DNA of 64,000 bases from Ascidiella aspersa (GCA_963924565.1 OZ004609.1:7254001-7318000); one strand, 5' to 3'; numbered from the stretch's first letter, positions 25,313 through 40,223 are shown. A program made the numbers and translations. The notes: a model not told the origin generated them from the letters alone.

Positions 25313-28300
25313 AGCAGCAACTGTATTGAATTCCAACTATTGAATAAAATAAAACTAACTAAGGGCCGAATTTTTCCAGGGCTTAAGGCTAGCCTTATTA
25401 GCCTAATGGTTAATCCGGCCCTGCCAGCTGCTTTGACCACTGATACAGATCAGCGGTTATAACTCAGTAAATATCATACCACTGTTAAGGCATTGTGACA
25501 CATTTCGAACGGTTAGTCGTAAACAACAAGTTTAACGCCCACCAAAAATAACTTTAAATACAACAGTTGAATACATTAATTTGTGGCACGAACATTGCAG
25601 ATCGAACTGGAAATGTGTGAAACCATTTAGTTGGCGCTAGTGTTAGTGATGTAATAATAATGCTAATGATGTGGATGTAATGTTAAGGTGATATAACCTG
25701 CGCGTTAAATCATTTGGCGTGTCCTAAAAAACACCTAGCGTGCCACAAGTGGCACGTGTGCCAGGGGTTGCCGACCCCTGCTCTAACATAATACAGCAGT
25801 GGGTATCGAGCATTTTTCCTCGCAAAGCCCTTGTAAAAATTTGTTGAACTTGTGAAACAACAAGCAATATGCATTATCATTTCTATTTATTTGTGTATAG
25901 AAAAATTAAACGACAAAAAATGTACCAACACGTACAAAAATAAGTGCAAAAAGTAGAGATAGCAACTAGGTTTGATATGCGGTCTTTCACAGGAGTGTGA
26001 CGTGTTATGCATAGCGTTAAACTTTCAAACAAAAAACTGGGTTTATTCATGAAATGCAAATATAGTAATCCTTAATGATGTCAAAATTTAACTGACATCA
26101 TGCTGTTATATATAGTGTCCCTCAAGTGTTCTGGCTTCTTTTTCAGATAAAGTTGAACCACAAGTTTTGAGCACACTTATTTATATGTAACCATTGCCTA
26201 TACAATAAATGTTAACAATTGTTTACATCATTTTGACATATACCAGGGAGTTGGGCAAACTGCGGCACGCTTCCAGTCAAATCTTAAAACTCCCAAAGGC
26301 TTGTAAAGGCTACAAGTCCAAGAGGCAAGAGTACCGTTTATGAACGCACGTAACACTAGACATAGGTCCGAAGAGTTAGTTAACGAAAAAAAGACTTATA
26401 TTCATAAATATTGTGCGTGCTATTTTGCTTTTACCGGTATTATTATTGTGGTAAATATTGCCGTTTTGTTAAATTACAATTCTGTTATTATTGCTGAACT
26501 TGCATTATTTACCGTTTTTGTATTGAAATAATTTTGAGGCCCTTTGGGTACCTGTATTTTCTGCAAATGGCTCTTTCATTGAATACATTTGCCACCCCCC
26601 CTGACATATACAGTAAAAAGTCATATGTAAATGGATGTATAAATCAGGAAGTCGAACCGAACCCTAACCGGAACTTTATGAATACGTCCTACTAAAATTC
26701 CCCCATGCTCCATGCCCCACGCCCCACACCCCATGTCCCACGTCAGGGATGGCCAACCAATCAGATACCAAAAGCCGTATTTTTTGTTACTTGGTTAATC
26801 TCTAAGAGCCACACCTTATGCTCATAGGCGGATTATAACCATTAGGCTAATAAGTCTATAGACTTAAGGCCTGGAAATATTCGGCCCTCAGTTAGTTTTA
26901 TTTCATTCAATAGTTGGAATTCAATACAGTTGCTGCATGATTGGGGATCATGCGGGTGGAATCTAAGCTTTTGGAAACGTCATAAAATAAATAAAAACTT
27001 GAAAGCACCTATTTTTGTATGCAAAAAAGCGCGAAAAACAATGCGTTTATTTGATCGAAAATGGTAAAACCATTTAAGAGCTGTTTTGTTTTTTGCATAG
27101 CCTCCATAGGTCAGTGTTCCCCAAAGTGAGCAGTACCGCCCCTTTGGACGTTAAAGAGTTACAGGGGGGCGTTGCTATGTTGGTCTTAAATCACGCTACA
27201 GCGTTTTACTTCACAAAACTCGTTAGCCTACAAATATTATTATAGAATGTACTGTTTAAGCTTGTATATCGTGGTTGTCTACTAGAAACAAACAGAGTGC
27301 GTTGTCTCCTCCTTAATGTACTTTGTTAACTTTCATGAGCCACACATAACAAATTGACAACAACTTAGTTGTACTGTGCAGTGACCACTGGACCTACATA
27401 AAAGCAGCATGTGACTCGTGACCCATGCTTTTCTAAGCCTGTAGCTCTGCACAATATCGCCTTACGAACCCGTAAAATTGCTTGCTGCAGCTTATTATAC
27501 GGTCACAATCCATTGTTATTATGTAACATAATGCATTGTTTTATAATCTGGGAAGAACTTGGTAAATATAATTAAATGAAGTTACTCCCCCGTAAAAGTG
27601 AACTATTTGATAAAAAAAACATTTTAAGAAACTAAACTAAGACAAACTAAGCACACAACTCTAAAATAAGCATGTTTCTTAGAAATAAGCACATTTGTGT
27701 TTTGTAAGACACTTCCCCCCAAAATAAGCACAAATCTTAGAAATAAACTCGGTATGGCAACCCTGCAACAGATTTCTGCGAAAAAGGTTTGGCGACGTGG
27801 CACATTGTTGCATTATCATTGAATTGACAATCGTATTTGGGACATTTGTGTATTAATTGCCAGGTTAGTTAGAGCAGTGGTTATCAACCTTTTTAGCTTA
27901 CCGTCCGGTAAAATTTCAAAACAAGTAAATAATTGAAAACTTTAAAACAAATAATTGAAACTTAAGTTTGATGAGCGATTTGCTGTTGTCTTTTTGATAT
28001 TATACGTGTTATACGTGGTTCTATTAAGTTTATCACATAAAACTGGTGTTAAAGTTTAAGACTGAAACGAGTTGTAGCCTATTTTTAAACAGTTCGCGTG
28101 CATCATGTTGGACACTCCTGATTTAAACGCTAAGAAATAGAAAGGCAGGTTTAATCATTGCCAAAAAACAATTGGTAGACCGAAAATTCGCAGACAGTGT
28201 GCATAAATTTTTGGCAAATGGTATTTTGTCTGGGTGAATGCTGAGCTCGCCTGTATGTTGATTTAGTTGCACTTAGATTTAGATCAGCTAAGACAGGAAT

Positions 28301-28642
28301 ACATTTACGATTTTCTGTAAACTCGGTTTAAATATACAAATGTTTTTTGTGCAATGTGCAAAAAAATGTGTTTTTTTTTAAATGTGCGCATATTTTTTAT
28401 TTAAAAAGTGCGCACATTTTGAGGTAAGGAGGTAAGGCGGGCACAATCCCCGAGGTAAGGCGGGCACAATTTCATGAATCTTCTTCAAACTGTTTTTCCT
28501 TTTACTCTTCATCCTTTAAGTCTGACTCTTCTCCGCTACTCTGCTACTCTGCTACTCTACTTGTTGTTTCCCTTAGTCCCTACATTACGGAACGACCCTA
28601 CAGGGAAAAAATCGTAAAATAATTTAGTGTTGACGTATAAGC

Positions 28643-28956
28643 CAGTGTTTCTTAACCTTTTTTATTTGGTGGGCACCTGGAGACGTATGAAAACGTGGCG
28701 GCGCACTTTACGAGCAAAGCGAGCGCGAAATTTTTGAGGTGTACCGATATTTCACTTAAATTTCCTGCATTTTTTATTAGATGGCTTTTATAGTTGCATA
28801 TCTATGAAGGGACTTCAATCCTTGGAGACTAAAAACGTTATTTTGTCCATTAAGGTCTTATTACGATTAATTTTGGACTTATTCCGACATGTTTGTTTCT
28901 TTCGCTCGCGGCGCACCTATAGCAGCCTTCGATGACGTACCGGTTGAGAAAAGCTG
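28643..28956. mobile_element. hAT-type MITE
   Basis: Ends CAGTGTTTCTTAACC...GGTTGAGAAAAGCTG; near-perfect 8-bp TSD GTATAAGC/GCATAAGC. Confidence 0.7.
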
Positions 28957-29949
28957 GCATAAGCGCTTTACGCTTATTTCCGTATCAAGCGGTATCAATA
29001 TCTCATAAGCAGGCATTGTTCTGGTATATTGTAGTAGTGAAGTGGGTTTGCATTCCAATAAGCTCTGAAAATAATAGTTAGAAGAGGAGCTTTTTAGGGG
29101 GGTGGTTGGTAAGACTTGAACAAAGGATTTTTGCACAGTGTTTACAAAAAAACCATAACATAAAATGTACCTTTTCATAGTAACAGTGAGTTATGTTCAT
29201 GAAACAGGTTTGTTTAATACCGAACCGTAATTATATCTGTTATCATTTTTTGCGGCTAAAGTATTAAATGTTTGTCCCAAGAAATAGCATACTGTTCATA
29301 TGTGGGTATTGACCACAATAAGAGAATATTTAGTGCGACAACGGTAAAACAATACTTACATTACCTACAATAATTTAGTTCCGTAACGTACTCGATCTGA
29401 CTCCAGAAGGGAACAGTGAGACTGCTGCTTTTGTCATAAATGAAAATCACTTATACAACATATTACAGCTGGCGATAATTAGTTTTCGTGGCATTACGTT
29501 TTAAGCACAACACACAGAACAGGAAATTTCGGACAATTGGCGAAACGCTTCCAGTAATCTGCTGACAGTTTTGTATAACAAGCACAGGCAGGCGTTGGTT
29601 AACGTCACACCGGCCAGACCGTTTTAATTGAATGGCCGGGGTTTCATCCCGGTAACAATATGAAGCAAGATGCTACACGTGCTACTAAAATATAGCAATG
29701 ATACCAATCACAAAGATAAAGTATAAACATAGTCATATATAACTTTATTAGTAAACAAAAATTAACAAATATTAACGTTGGAAGGTACATGGGTTTAGAA
29801 AAATATCTACACAAGCCGATCAAGAAAAAGTGAAGCAAGCAAAAGTTCAGTTTAAAAAATTACTTATTAGTTATAACAAAACGACATTTTTGACAATGTT
29901 AATCAATTTACGAAATTTAGCCTCTTTGTTCTGGTCGCGCCAGTGTATT

Positions 29950-30140
29950 TGTTAACCATCCCTCCATGCTTTAATATTTTAATTTATCACTTTATAAAAA
30001 AGGGGTCGGTTAACTATCCCTCCATGCTTTAATATTTCAATTTACCACTTTATAAAAAAGTGGGGTTGGTTAACTGTCCCTCCATGCTTTAATATTTCAA
30101 TTTACCACTTTATAAAAAAGTGGGGTTGGTTAACTATCCA
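29950..30140. repeat. ~60-bp tandem repeat, 3 copies
   Basis: TAACTATCCCTCCATGCTTTAATATTTCAATTTACCACTTTATAAAAAAGTGGGGTTGGT repeated. Confidence 0.9.
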
Positions 30141-30399
30141 ACCAGGTATAACAAATAAAATTCTTTTTTGTTCTCATTATACCTAAAATAGACAAATTTA
30201 CGAAAAATGGCGTAGAAATTCAAAATCAGTTTGATTTTTGTTGTTTTTGCAACATATAAAAGAACTTAAGTGCTATAATATGATGAACCAAGCCATCAAA
30301 CAAAATTCTTGGTGAACTCGTTTATCACCCAAAAATAGTTAATTAGTATTTTAAATGTGGTAACAATCGCTCATCTATAGCTAAGATTTCATTCCTGTT

Positions 30400-30545
30400 G
30401 TCAGTTATTGGTCAAAGGTGCTTTTTTCGGCATTCCGTGTTTGTTTTATTGGTCGCGCTTCGTCCAATAGGGTTTTCGCTTTGTCGATTTATGCCTTAAG
30501 TGGCACTGTAAAACAAGGTACTACACTTACGTGACGCGTGAACAC
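30400..30545 (+). promoter_or_regulatory. Probable WSCD promoter with clustered CCAAT boxes
   Basis: ATTGG twice and CCAAT within ~60 bp plus a CpG-rich ACGTGACGCGTG, ~700 bp upstream of the ATG. Candidate non-coding exon donors follow. Confidence 0.35.
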
Positions 30546-31226
30546 GACTTAGACTTCAATTGTGATCCGTTGGTTCCCGGTTATCCGCATTGCAATTATG
30601 TTTAGAAGCTTTGCAACTAGCGATTAAGCAGAACTGTTTGCTCGAGCTGTTTTTTTTACTTTTTACATTTTGGATTTGTTTTGGGAGCGCAGGGAAAATT
30701 ATAGTTATGCAATATCTACTCTAAGCCTATTTTTTTACAAAGGTATCCTTTATTTTTATTTAAATTATCAACTCAACGGTTTCCATAAACATTCTATGGT
30801 AAAAGTTTGTTAAACTAATAACATTATAAAATAATGTATAGTTCTATTTTACTAACTATACCATCCTTCGAATAATACTGGCATGCTTCTTCCAAAGAAT
30901 ACCTTTTCATTTTCATAGTTGCCGACGGTCGTCTGTATTTCATTTACTTTGGTCACAACAGACTGTCGTATAAAAGTGACCACTAATTGGATGATCAAAA
31001 AAAGTCGTGAACCCATTTACTGGCGTCAAGTTAAAAGGTATCACTTCCAACTTCCAAGTATTTTTTGTAGTTTAACAGTCAGCGAAAATATGGGATCAAA
31101 AAAAAGTCTATTTTTTGTTTTAACAGAGATAATACGTGCGGAAACGGGTTCTAAAATACCGCCCGAGACGGTTTATGATCTTTATACCAATACTTAACAC
31201 AATTGGAATTTGTTTATCAGTCGACA

Positions 31227-34200
31227 ATGAGGTCTTCTATCTTTGCATCATTCATCCTAGTCGTTTTGGCAGGTGTAACCTTCATCATCTATTCGAACAG
31301 CAGATGTCGCTACTTGTTGTTGGATGTACAACCTCAAAAGAATGCAATCGCGTTTTCTAGGTGAGAAACCTAATCTCTATGCAGTTTTTGAAACTTTCAT
31401 TGTCAAACAACCATTTCTAACATCGGTTTTAAAGTATCAGATGTTACACAGCTATATGCATACACAGTTGGTAAGGTATCGATTTAAAAATCTCTTGCTG
31501 ATGCCGTGGTTAGTTAAACTACTTTGTCGATCATTCTAAAAATCAGTTTATCCATTGTCCTACATCTTGAGTACTAGCATGCATTACTTGTGTGCACAAA
31601 GAGGTGTTATATTTATATATAATCCAAAATAAGTGATCAAAATATTCGCATAGACCGCGACAAAATTGTACTCCACAGACGCAAAACACAATGAAATACT
31701 GTATATAAATTGAAGCGAACTGAAACATGTTGAACATGAAGTCGAACTATTTGATTCATCCGGTTAAACTTTGGTTCGGGTTAGATCGAATTAAAAACTT
31801 GAATTACGGTTTGGCTTGTTTGCCTTTCACGTTTTTGTTAGTTACCTACGATATTGTTGAATTTAGCGATTGTATGGCGTGTACAGTTCATTTTTCTGTA
31901 GAGTAAAAATAATTTGGAGAGGATAGAGCATTGCTTAAATAATCGTACAATTTTTGTTTTGTTGCAGGAACTATTCCCAGCACACGTTTTGTGAAGGTAA
32001 GAGTTGATTTGTTTTCCTGAAAAAACATCTTTAAAAAAAGCAGCTTTAAAAAAATACTTTTTTTTAAATCAAGTTGGTGTTTAAAATGTTAAGCCGTACA
32101 GCTAATTTATGAAGCGGTAAAATAACCATTACCACCTTATCTTGGCCAATGGCCAGTTTGTCTAAACCTCGTTCTACTTTGTGGATAAAATGTATACACA
32201 CAAGTGCATTATTTGTCACAAAACTAAAAAAAATATATATATATATATATTTTTTTTTTTGGAAAACATTTGTTTTATGCAAATCTGTAGAAACCTTATT
32301 TTTTGCCACAAAAGTTGTTGGCGATGTATCCATGTAGCGTAACCAATCTGTGACCTTTATGTTTTGTCAGGATTCTTGTTTAACGTGTTTTTTTACAGCG
32401 ATTGACGTCGGATGTTTCAAGAAAATTGATGTTGAAAAGCTACCGGCACATGAAAGTGACTTTTCCAACAAATCCATGAGCCCGAACATGTGCATAAAGT
32501 CCTGCTATTTCAAGTAAATATAACATTAAGTTTGGTAAGCCCGTATGATTGAAGTCCCAGTCCAGTAGACCAAATACCTCAACTATCAGTACAAGTCATG
32601 GCTGACCCATATCAAGATCTTTCTAACTTCAGTAACATGGCTATATAGTCCATGTCAAGCAGTTAGTTTTGCAAATTTATGTTTAAAACTGTGTAAAAAT
32701 AAGACCTTTTCCACTCCGAGCATAAATTTACTTACTAATCATTAAAACAAATGCAAGCAACTATTTATTGAGAAAATATCCTATCTAAACATTAAAGTAA
32801 ATAACCTATATGTACAGTATACATAAAATAGCCTATTAGCATACGCTTTTGATCAAAACTAAATTTTAAGTTTTGTATTGAAAACATTATAACATTAAAG
32901 TCTTCTACAAATTATCATTGCTTTCATTTTATGTATTATGTCGCAATGTCATGTAATTGCGTACACGTCTGTGTTCACCGCCAAAATTGTGATCGTTTCG
33001 GGGTACAAAAACGTTACTTAGAATTAAACTACTTGCCATATGATTTTCTAAGGCCAAACGGGTAAATCAATGTCCGCTAACTTAACGAAAAGCCATATAC
33101 ACGGCAAGTGTTTTAAAGCGTTTTGGACGAATAAAATGTTTCCTTATATTTCTAAAAATATAGCCAATAAACGTATGTAATTTCTGCAAAAAATTAGCAG
33201 TTAGTATAAAGTTAGTGGAAGTCTTTTAAAACGACCTAATTGTCACCAATGCTAAGCTTTAAGATACAACTTTACAAGGCATCAAGAATTTCAACTCCTT
33301 TTTTCTCTCTTTTTTTGTGAATCGTTTAGACAAAGAAAGTATGCTTTTCTGACCAACGGCAGCAGGTGCTTGTGCGCCGCTTTGGTCTCCGTCGTGGCCT
33401 CGATTCGTCAGCCCGGAACCTGTGACGTCACGTGTTCGTCGGGGGAGGAAAACTGCGGCGGCCAAGACAGCGTTCGGGCCTTCTTCGTCAAAGGCCTGTG
33501 CACCCGTTGTACGTCTTATTAAAATAAAAAATATATAGAACTTTTATCTCGGCAGACTTCGAAGTATTTTGAGAATTCGCATAAAAGTATTTGTCTAAAA
33601 AACAAGTCACGAATACCGATGAAAAGCGCAAAAATATATACAATAAAAAGTTACTAGTATATAGCGAAGTTTATTGCGATGGATTCACCCTCTTTGCTTT
33701 ATTTCATTTACCTATTTTTGGGGGGTTTATCGAACTGGATTCTTTAACCTCTAAATCTGCCTCACAGGCTCCAATGATCTCACTTTGAGGAAGGCCTTCT
33801 ATAGCCTTCTAAAATGCTAGATTTGGCATACCACGGTTACCTTTTAAATAATGATCATATATACATAACTGAATTCCTTTCGCTAAATTGAAATAGAGTA
33901 TCAAACTTCTGACAATACTATAACTTAGCATCCGGTATCGGATCCAATACAACGATATCCGTATGGTTAACTACCCTTCATGCCTAGCTGTAAACTGGTA
34001 AACCACTTTTGCAGCGCCGTTCGACGACGCTTTTGTCGCGACGCGGCTTCTCGGCTGCTTCCTTTACGACCGGCGGCTGAACAACTTTCCCAGCTACGAC
34101 GCCGATACGCCGAACCTCTGCTTGCGAGCGTGCGAAGAAGACCGTCGGCCGCTCGCCATTTTCCGCTCGAGCAAGGGCGGCCAACTCTGCATTTGCGGCG

Positions 34201-37200
34201 CGATGAACCCTCGGTAAGACGAACGTCAGCCAAGGTCTATACAAGGGGTGCCGAACAATTGGTGTACCTTGCTTTGTTAACCGCAAACAATCACACCTTA
34301 CACATGGACAATAGATTCCACTTTTGTCTTAACTTACATACCTTTGCTTAACGAGTTTTTTCATGTTAGACACCAACAACACGGAGTATATAGGCTACAA
34401 AAATGCGATTTGGTATTAATACTGGAATAAATGCCATCACGCAGTCGAAGCATATCAAATCTTTTGGACTGACTCTGCAAAATGTAAAATATCTTAGTCA
34501 AAAACGGAAAAATCGGTAACTTTAGCAAATCAAATCAACAATGAACAATCCAAAGTGGTTCTCAACCTTTCATGGCTTACGGCACCCCTCAGAAATAATA
34601 AAAAGATTGCGGCACCCCTACAAGATTTTTTCCTAGGCACATCACCAGAATGTTACAATAAATGGAACTGGAACAACACACGTCAACTCTACAAAACCTA
34701 AGAAGTTATAATTGGATTTATTTCACTACAATCTTAGACAAAAAATTTTTGTAAAGAGTTGAGCAATAATCAGATTCTTAAAATTACTCAAGTATTTGCG
34801 GCACCCTTGAGCATTAGAAACGGCACACAAGTGTACGGCGGCACTTCGGTTGAGGAACACTGATCTAAAAGATATAGACGCCAAGTTCTAGAAACGCTTG
34901 CTTTAACTAAATGCAAATAATTTTTTAATGCAGGACTACGAGCGCTCCAAGACCAAAATAAGGACGACTGAAAAAATAGTAGTGCTTTTAGCAAGCAATC
35001 CCTCGAAATTTAGAATAATATGAACTGCTTTGCATTTACAACTATTGCTTTGTTTATAGTTAGAAAATACGAACTTAAATCATACATAAGGACATTACGT
35101 AGAAATAAAGACGGTATGGCAGGCCTGCCCATATGCAGTGTTGTGATGACTTAGTGCACCTAGTGACTTGACTTAAGTTTTTGGCCAAAGACATAAGGGT
35201 TTTCATTTATCATTAATTTACGAAATTGAGCTATTTATTCCAAGTTTTGCAGTTGAAAAAAATAGATTGTTACCTATTGTTTTTTGTTATTTTTTGGTTG
35301 GCCTATTGATCATATTCGGGCGAGTCTACCAATTTTAATGGTTTATCGTTTTATTTTAAAATTATAGATTTGTCTTGGAGATGGCTTACTTTAATAATGG
35401 CTTGACCACCATAGGACTTGACGTAAGCAACGGATAACTTGGACTTGTAGTTGACTTGTCATTCTTTAAAAAGGCTTGACTTGGACTTAAGTTATTTCGC
35501 ACACAACTTTAACTGACAATATTGCGGTTTCCCTAATTTGCAGATTTAATCTCACGCACAAGCTAAAGAGTTGTAGTTGGAACGATGCCTTTCACGTTTA
35601 CCGAACCACGGCGGAAGACAAGCGCTGCGGCAACATACGTTTGCTTCAGCCGAGGGATCGCAATCGAACCATGCTTAACAGCTATCCGGGATCCGGTAAC
35701 ACATGGATTCGATACCTGATCGAAAAGGCCTCTGGAGTCTATACTGGCAGCGTATATGACGATGTGACACTTTTCGGCTCGGGTATGTATGTTTTGTTGT
35801 GAACAAAGGAATATATTTTGTGACAAATACTGTCGACATGTTATTTGTTTGCTGTTTTGGTCTTACTTAATACGATGTCCCGGTTGAAAATTATGAACGT
35901 CAGCAGTAAATAAATTCCATTTAAAAAGATAATTCGTCTGTTGTTATGTCCACCTCGTGAAGTACATCTTTGATACTGATCTTCAAAAGTTATTAAAAAT
36001 GTAAAGTTTTGCTTCATACTCCTGAAGCGTATTGGGTTTGTAGGGAGCTATAAGAGGGCTGCTGACCCTGTAGACGAGGGCCGACGGCTGCCTAAGTCTC
36101 TTACAAATTCTTAATCCGACTCCAAAGGAGCAGGCCGCTAGAATACCTGTCCTTAACTTCTTGTACTCTAAGCAAAGACAATCCACTCAGTAGATAATTG
36201 CTCGTTGAGTATATTCACAAATCTCAGGAATACAGCGATAAACAGAGCGGTGATTCAAGCCGCTATTAGTAAGACGAGTATAGTAGAATGAATGCGAAAC
36301 GATCAAAGCGCACGATTCGGCGTTAGGTCACGCGTTAGTGAACAACGGTCACGTGTTTAGTGACGTAAAAGTAGGCTAACTGCTACACTCCTGTTACGTC
36401 TCCAGTAGATCATCACGAAGTGAATAGGAGTTGCTTATATTTGGTTCCAAACATAACACTAACTCGCTGCTCAGCAAAAAATGTACAAAAGTACACACGA
36501 AAGCCTATTACCCCTTCCTCCTAGTGGCAAATTCCTGTTTGAGCCAAATATAAAAACCACTGAGTGTAAAGCATGTTGTTTTTAGGGTTGAACGCGCTTC
36601 TTACCTCAAGTTGCAGTAGTTGAAGGGTGGCCACATGGCCCTTAGCTTTAAGTTTTTTCATATTTCGAAGCCATTAGCGATTATTATCCCAAATTATAAT
36701 TTGATTTTCGAGGCCACAAATGGCAAATGCAATGGTAGGCATAAAGGGTAAAAGTTTGCAGACCTATTTTTCGACTTCGTTTATTTAGCTAAATGACTTT
36801 GAGTTCAATTTGAAGAATTGTCTGAAACGTTTTCTCACTCCCTTAGATTTGTTCGCGTCAAATAGTTTTCCCGCTTCATGCTTATATTTTAGGGAAAAAA
36901 AGATTATTGGGTTTATGTAAAGTTAAACACTTGCAGATAATTTTTTGTTGTAATTCGTAACGTGATTGGATTGACTGGAATGACAATAATTCAGACTGGA
37001 ACTTGACTTGGGTATGTGTATAAATCGAATTGACTTGGCCCCAATGTATCTTTGCAAATAACTTGACTTAGACTAAAGTAAATCGAAAGTGTGTGGTTTC
37101 CTAACATTATCGCAAACTTTAATGCCACAACTTCTTTCAGGTTACCTCGGCCAACTCATGTCAGTGGGGGAGCAAAGAACGGATTTCATAAAAGATCATT

Positions 37201-38500
37201 TGGTCAGAAAACTGCAGCAGAGCCAAAGCATTCTGGTGCTTCGCAACCCTTACCGGGCCTTTATTGCTTTCGCGAATTGGGAAGTGAAAGGGCACACTGG
37301 CATCGCAACCAAGCAAGAACTATTAGAAAGTATGGATCAGGTTTAGCGTTTTGCGTTAAACAAAATACGGTAGTATCTTATATTTACGAAGTATTTATCA
37401 CAAAAACCGTTTATTAGTTAGAGCCTTGGTAAGTTTTCCAGGGGGTGTGTTGGAGTTTTAGCGTAAATCTGTCTACGGCGAAAGGTTGAGATCGTTGAAA
37501 AGTTGGAATACTTTCTGACAGTTAACCTGTTTTATATTCAGGCGTGATTTTTACAGCCGTTTCAGTTGGTTAACTAACAAAACTGAAAACTCATGAGACC
37601 AACTTCTGTCCAACTTGTAACACCCCTGCTCAGCGGTAACACCCCTGCACACCTTTTTAAACGCTACTTACAAAAATGAGAACAAGATATATGAAAAAAC
37701 ATCGCATAAAAATCAAGCATTTTTGACTTATATATTGGCTGATGGAGTATTAAAAAACAACGATGAATTTGGCTGTCATGTTGCCGAACCAAGTAATTGA
37801 CTTAACAAAAGTTTTTAAATCCTTTACATTGTCTTCGGTTTTTGTTTTTAAATGACCTTTTCAAGTTAGATATATGTTAAATCTTGGTTCTTAACTTCAA
37901 AGCACATCTTTTCTCTAAAATTTTGAGCATGTGTTATGTCAAAGTTTTGATTTTGCATTTCCTAACTTTTAATTTCCATGCAAACAACGTATTTAGAACA
38001 TTTACTTGACGTATACCATGACATTGTATCTGAAAAGCCTCGTTTACATTACTGACAATATCGCCTGACACATCTGCTTGAAATCTCCACGTTTCGTTGC
38101 AGGGTTCTCCCGTCAACCACCCAAGGTTCGCATAAATGAATGGAAGAGCATGCCGGTTACGCTAATAGCACAGGGCAAGCCGCTGCTGGTCATTTACTTT
38201 GAAGACGTTGTTGCTGATCCGATCGAGAGTGTGCGGAAAATGGTGACGTTCGCCGCCAAGGCCAACCCAGAACTTCTGCCAGCCGATTTAGACGAAAGGC
38301 TTGCTTGTCTCAGCCAGGAGACGACCGGACTTCAGAAAAGAGCTTCGCACAAGGTGATCCAGAACCTATACTCAAAAGAGTCGGTTTCGTTGATAAACAA
38401 AGCCGTGGTCGAACTACGAGCTATATTAGCGAAGGCCGGCGTCGAAAAACCTCTTCCGCCTTATGAGCTGGACCCGGATTACGCTGTTGTTCGAACATGA
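31227..38500 (+). CDS. WSCD1: WSC domain-containing sulfotransferase (WSCD1/WSCD2-like), ~493 aa type II membrane protein
   Basis: Exons 31227-31360, 31968-31996, 32399-32513, 33330-33508, 34015-34213, 35544-35782, 37141-37329 and 38103-38500 (1482 nt, phases consistent). Signal anchor [22 protein letters not shown]; WSC domains (DVGCF...MCIKSC...[12 protein letters not shown]...CDVTC...NCGG; LLGCF...CLRAC...CICG); PAPS-binding [26 protein letters not shown] and LRNPY; [17 protein letters not shown]1 versus WSCD2 orthology is not resolved. Confidence 0.9.
34553..34862. mobile_element. hAT-type MITE in a WSCD intron
   Basis: Ends AGTGGTTCTCAACC...GGTTGAGGAACACTG with subterminal CGGCACCCC motifs. 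Confidence 0.6.
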
Positions 38501-39979
38501 GGAGGCGAAACGCTGCTGCTTTAGCACGATTTATGACCGATTTCAGCCTTTCTCATCCTTTTCTGTGAAGACCAAATTACAAGCGTAAGTATAACAGACA
38601 AGATAACCAAATCGAAGCGACATACCTCAATCAAGCAGCGAGCCAGCTTTGGGTTGGCAAACACTGTTTTATTATATTAATACCTGGAATGATGTCATGC
38701 TTGTTTATGTCACACCCACAGTAACCTTGTCATACCACAGGCATAAAGCAAACGTCTTGTCCTGTGTGTTAATTATTTTTTATGTTTTATTTTTGTTAGC
38801 GAGCAGTCATGTAAAAAAAAGTTTTGTTTGCGGTATGTCTCGATTCTATTACCACTCATCACCGGACGTTTAGACAAACTGCGATGGTTTTATAGCTGGT
38901 TTTAAAACTCTAATTTTTGGCCTTTGCTTAAGAACAAATAAAATGCAAAATGAGCGTATTAAATGCAATAAAAGTAGCCCTGATCCATACCAACTTTAAC
39001 AATAACCCTAATCCTAAATCTATGTGACGTTCAAAACATTCCATGTGTGCTACGAAAAACAACTGTTTTAATGACAAAATAGAAACAACCTATTTCTTAT
39101 ATTTTTTTCTCAAAAAAGGAAGATTTTAACTGAGCTTGATTTTTTATTAAATATGTTGTTTTCTCCTTATTTAATTATCATTGCGTCTCACTCACCTAAG
39201 TTTTCTTACCTCGTTTGACTTCGCTGCAGCTGATCCTTTCACCTACGATCTATTTCTTATCTTTACACCATTCGTATCATTAGTTACGTTTTACAATTGT
39301 ACATATTGATGCTGTTAAATCGAGAAATGTTTGAAAATTAAGGGAGTTTGAAAGACAGGTTTGAGTAAAGCAAGAATAATCATTAAATTATGGCTACTTT
39401 CGTCTGAGCCCCCTTTTAGATATCGGTTGCTAATGATTTTACACTATTTGGTGTTAAATTTGTGTTTGCCGTATGCAAATTGCCAAAAAAGAAATCGCCA
39501 ACGTAATATAATTGAAGATGCTTCTTGTAGCGATTAGGCAACCATAGGCCGTCTATGGGAACTAATATTTATATATAGCAAAACCACTCAAGCACGGCTT
39601 GGATTACACAGGCTTATTCTCGCTGTGAGCGTGTCATATGAAGCACGATTGTGCGAAAGCTTGTCAAGAATCAAACCAATTGGTCGTTATATGGTGTCAC
39701 CTTGGTCCTTGATTACCATATTTTGGATTAGACAAATACAGCCATTTACGAGGAATAGATTTAGTTGCATATCGAAGGCTTGCGAGTTGGAGCAATTTAA
39801 TAGACCAAGTTGGAAATCATAAAACGGCGCATTCCCTTGTCCGTCTGTGCGGTAATGTGCACGCCAACTTAGTAGGGGTAGTATATTACATTGGCTTGAC
39901 ATTTGCTAACGCCAAAACATGAAAATGACCAGTTACATAAATGTAATAGGCATAATGTATTCAATCTAAGACTCTAAGT

Positions 39980-40223
39980 CAGTGGTTCTCAACCTGTGGT
40001 ACGCATACCACTAGCGGTACGCGAAGTCATTTTGGATGATACGCTGTACGCAGTATGTTTTTAAGTAAAATTACAGTTTTACAAAAAGGATAAGCATTTT
40101 TTTTATTGTAATAAACTATACATTTATCGTAATGATTGTATAGTTTAATACTTTATGCTTCTTAAACTTTTCGGAACATCTACTCGAGGTGGTACGCAGT
40201 GAAAAAAAGGTTGAGAACCACTG
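39980..40223. mobile_element. hAT-type MITE
   Basis: Perfect TIR CAGTGGTTCTCAACCT / AGGTTGAGAACCACTG and 8-bp TSD CTCTAAGT on both sides. Confidence 0.9.

Noticed and set aside
33967-34351. Three Arg-rich ORFs
   Set aside because: Off-frame or antisense readings of WSCD exon 34015-34213.
36039-36387. Possible solo LTR (TGTAG...CTACA) in a WSCD intron
   Set aside because: No target-site duplication, PBS or second copy is visible.
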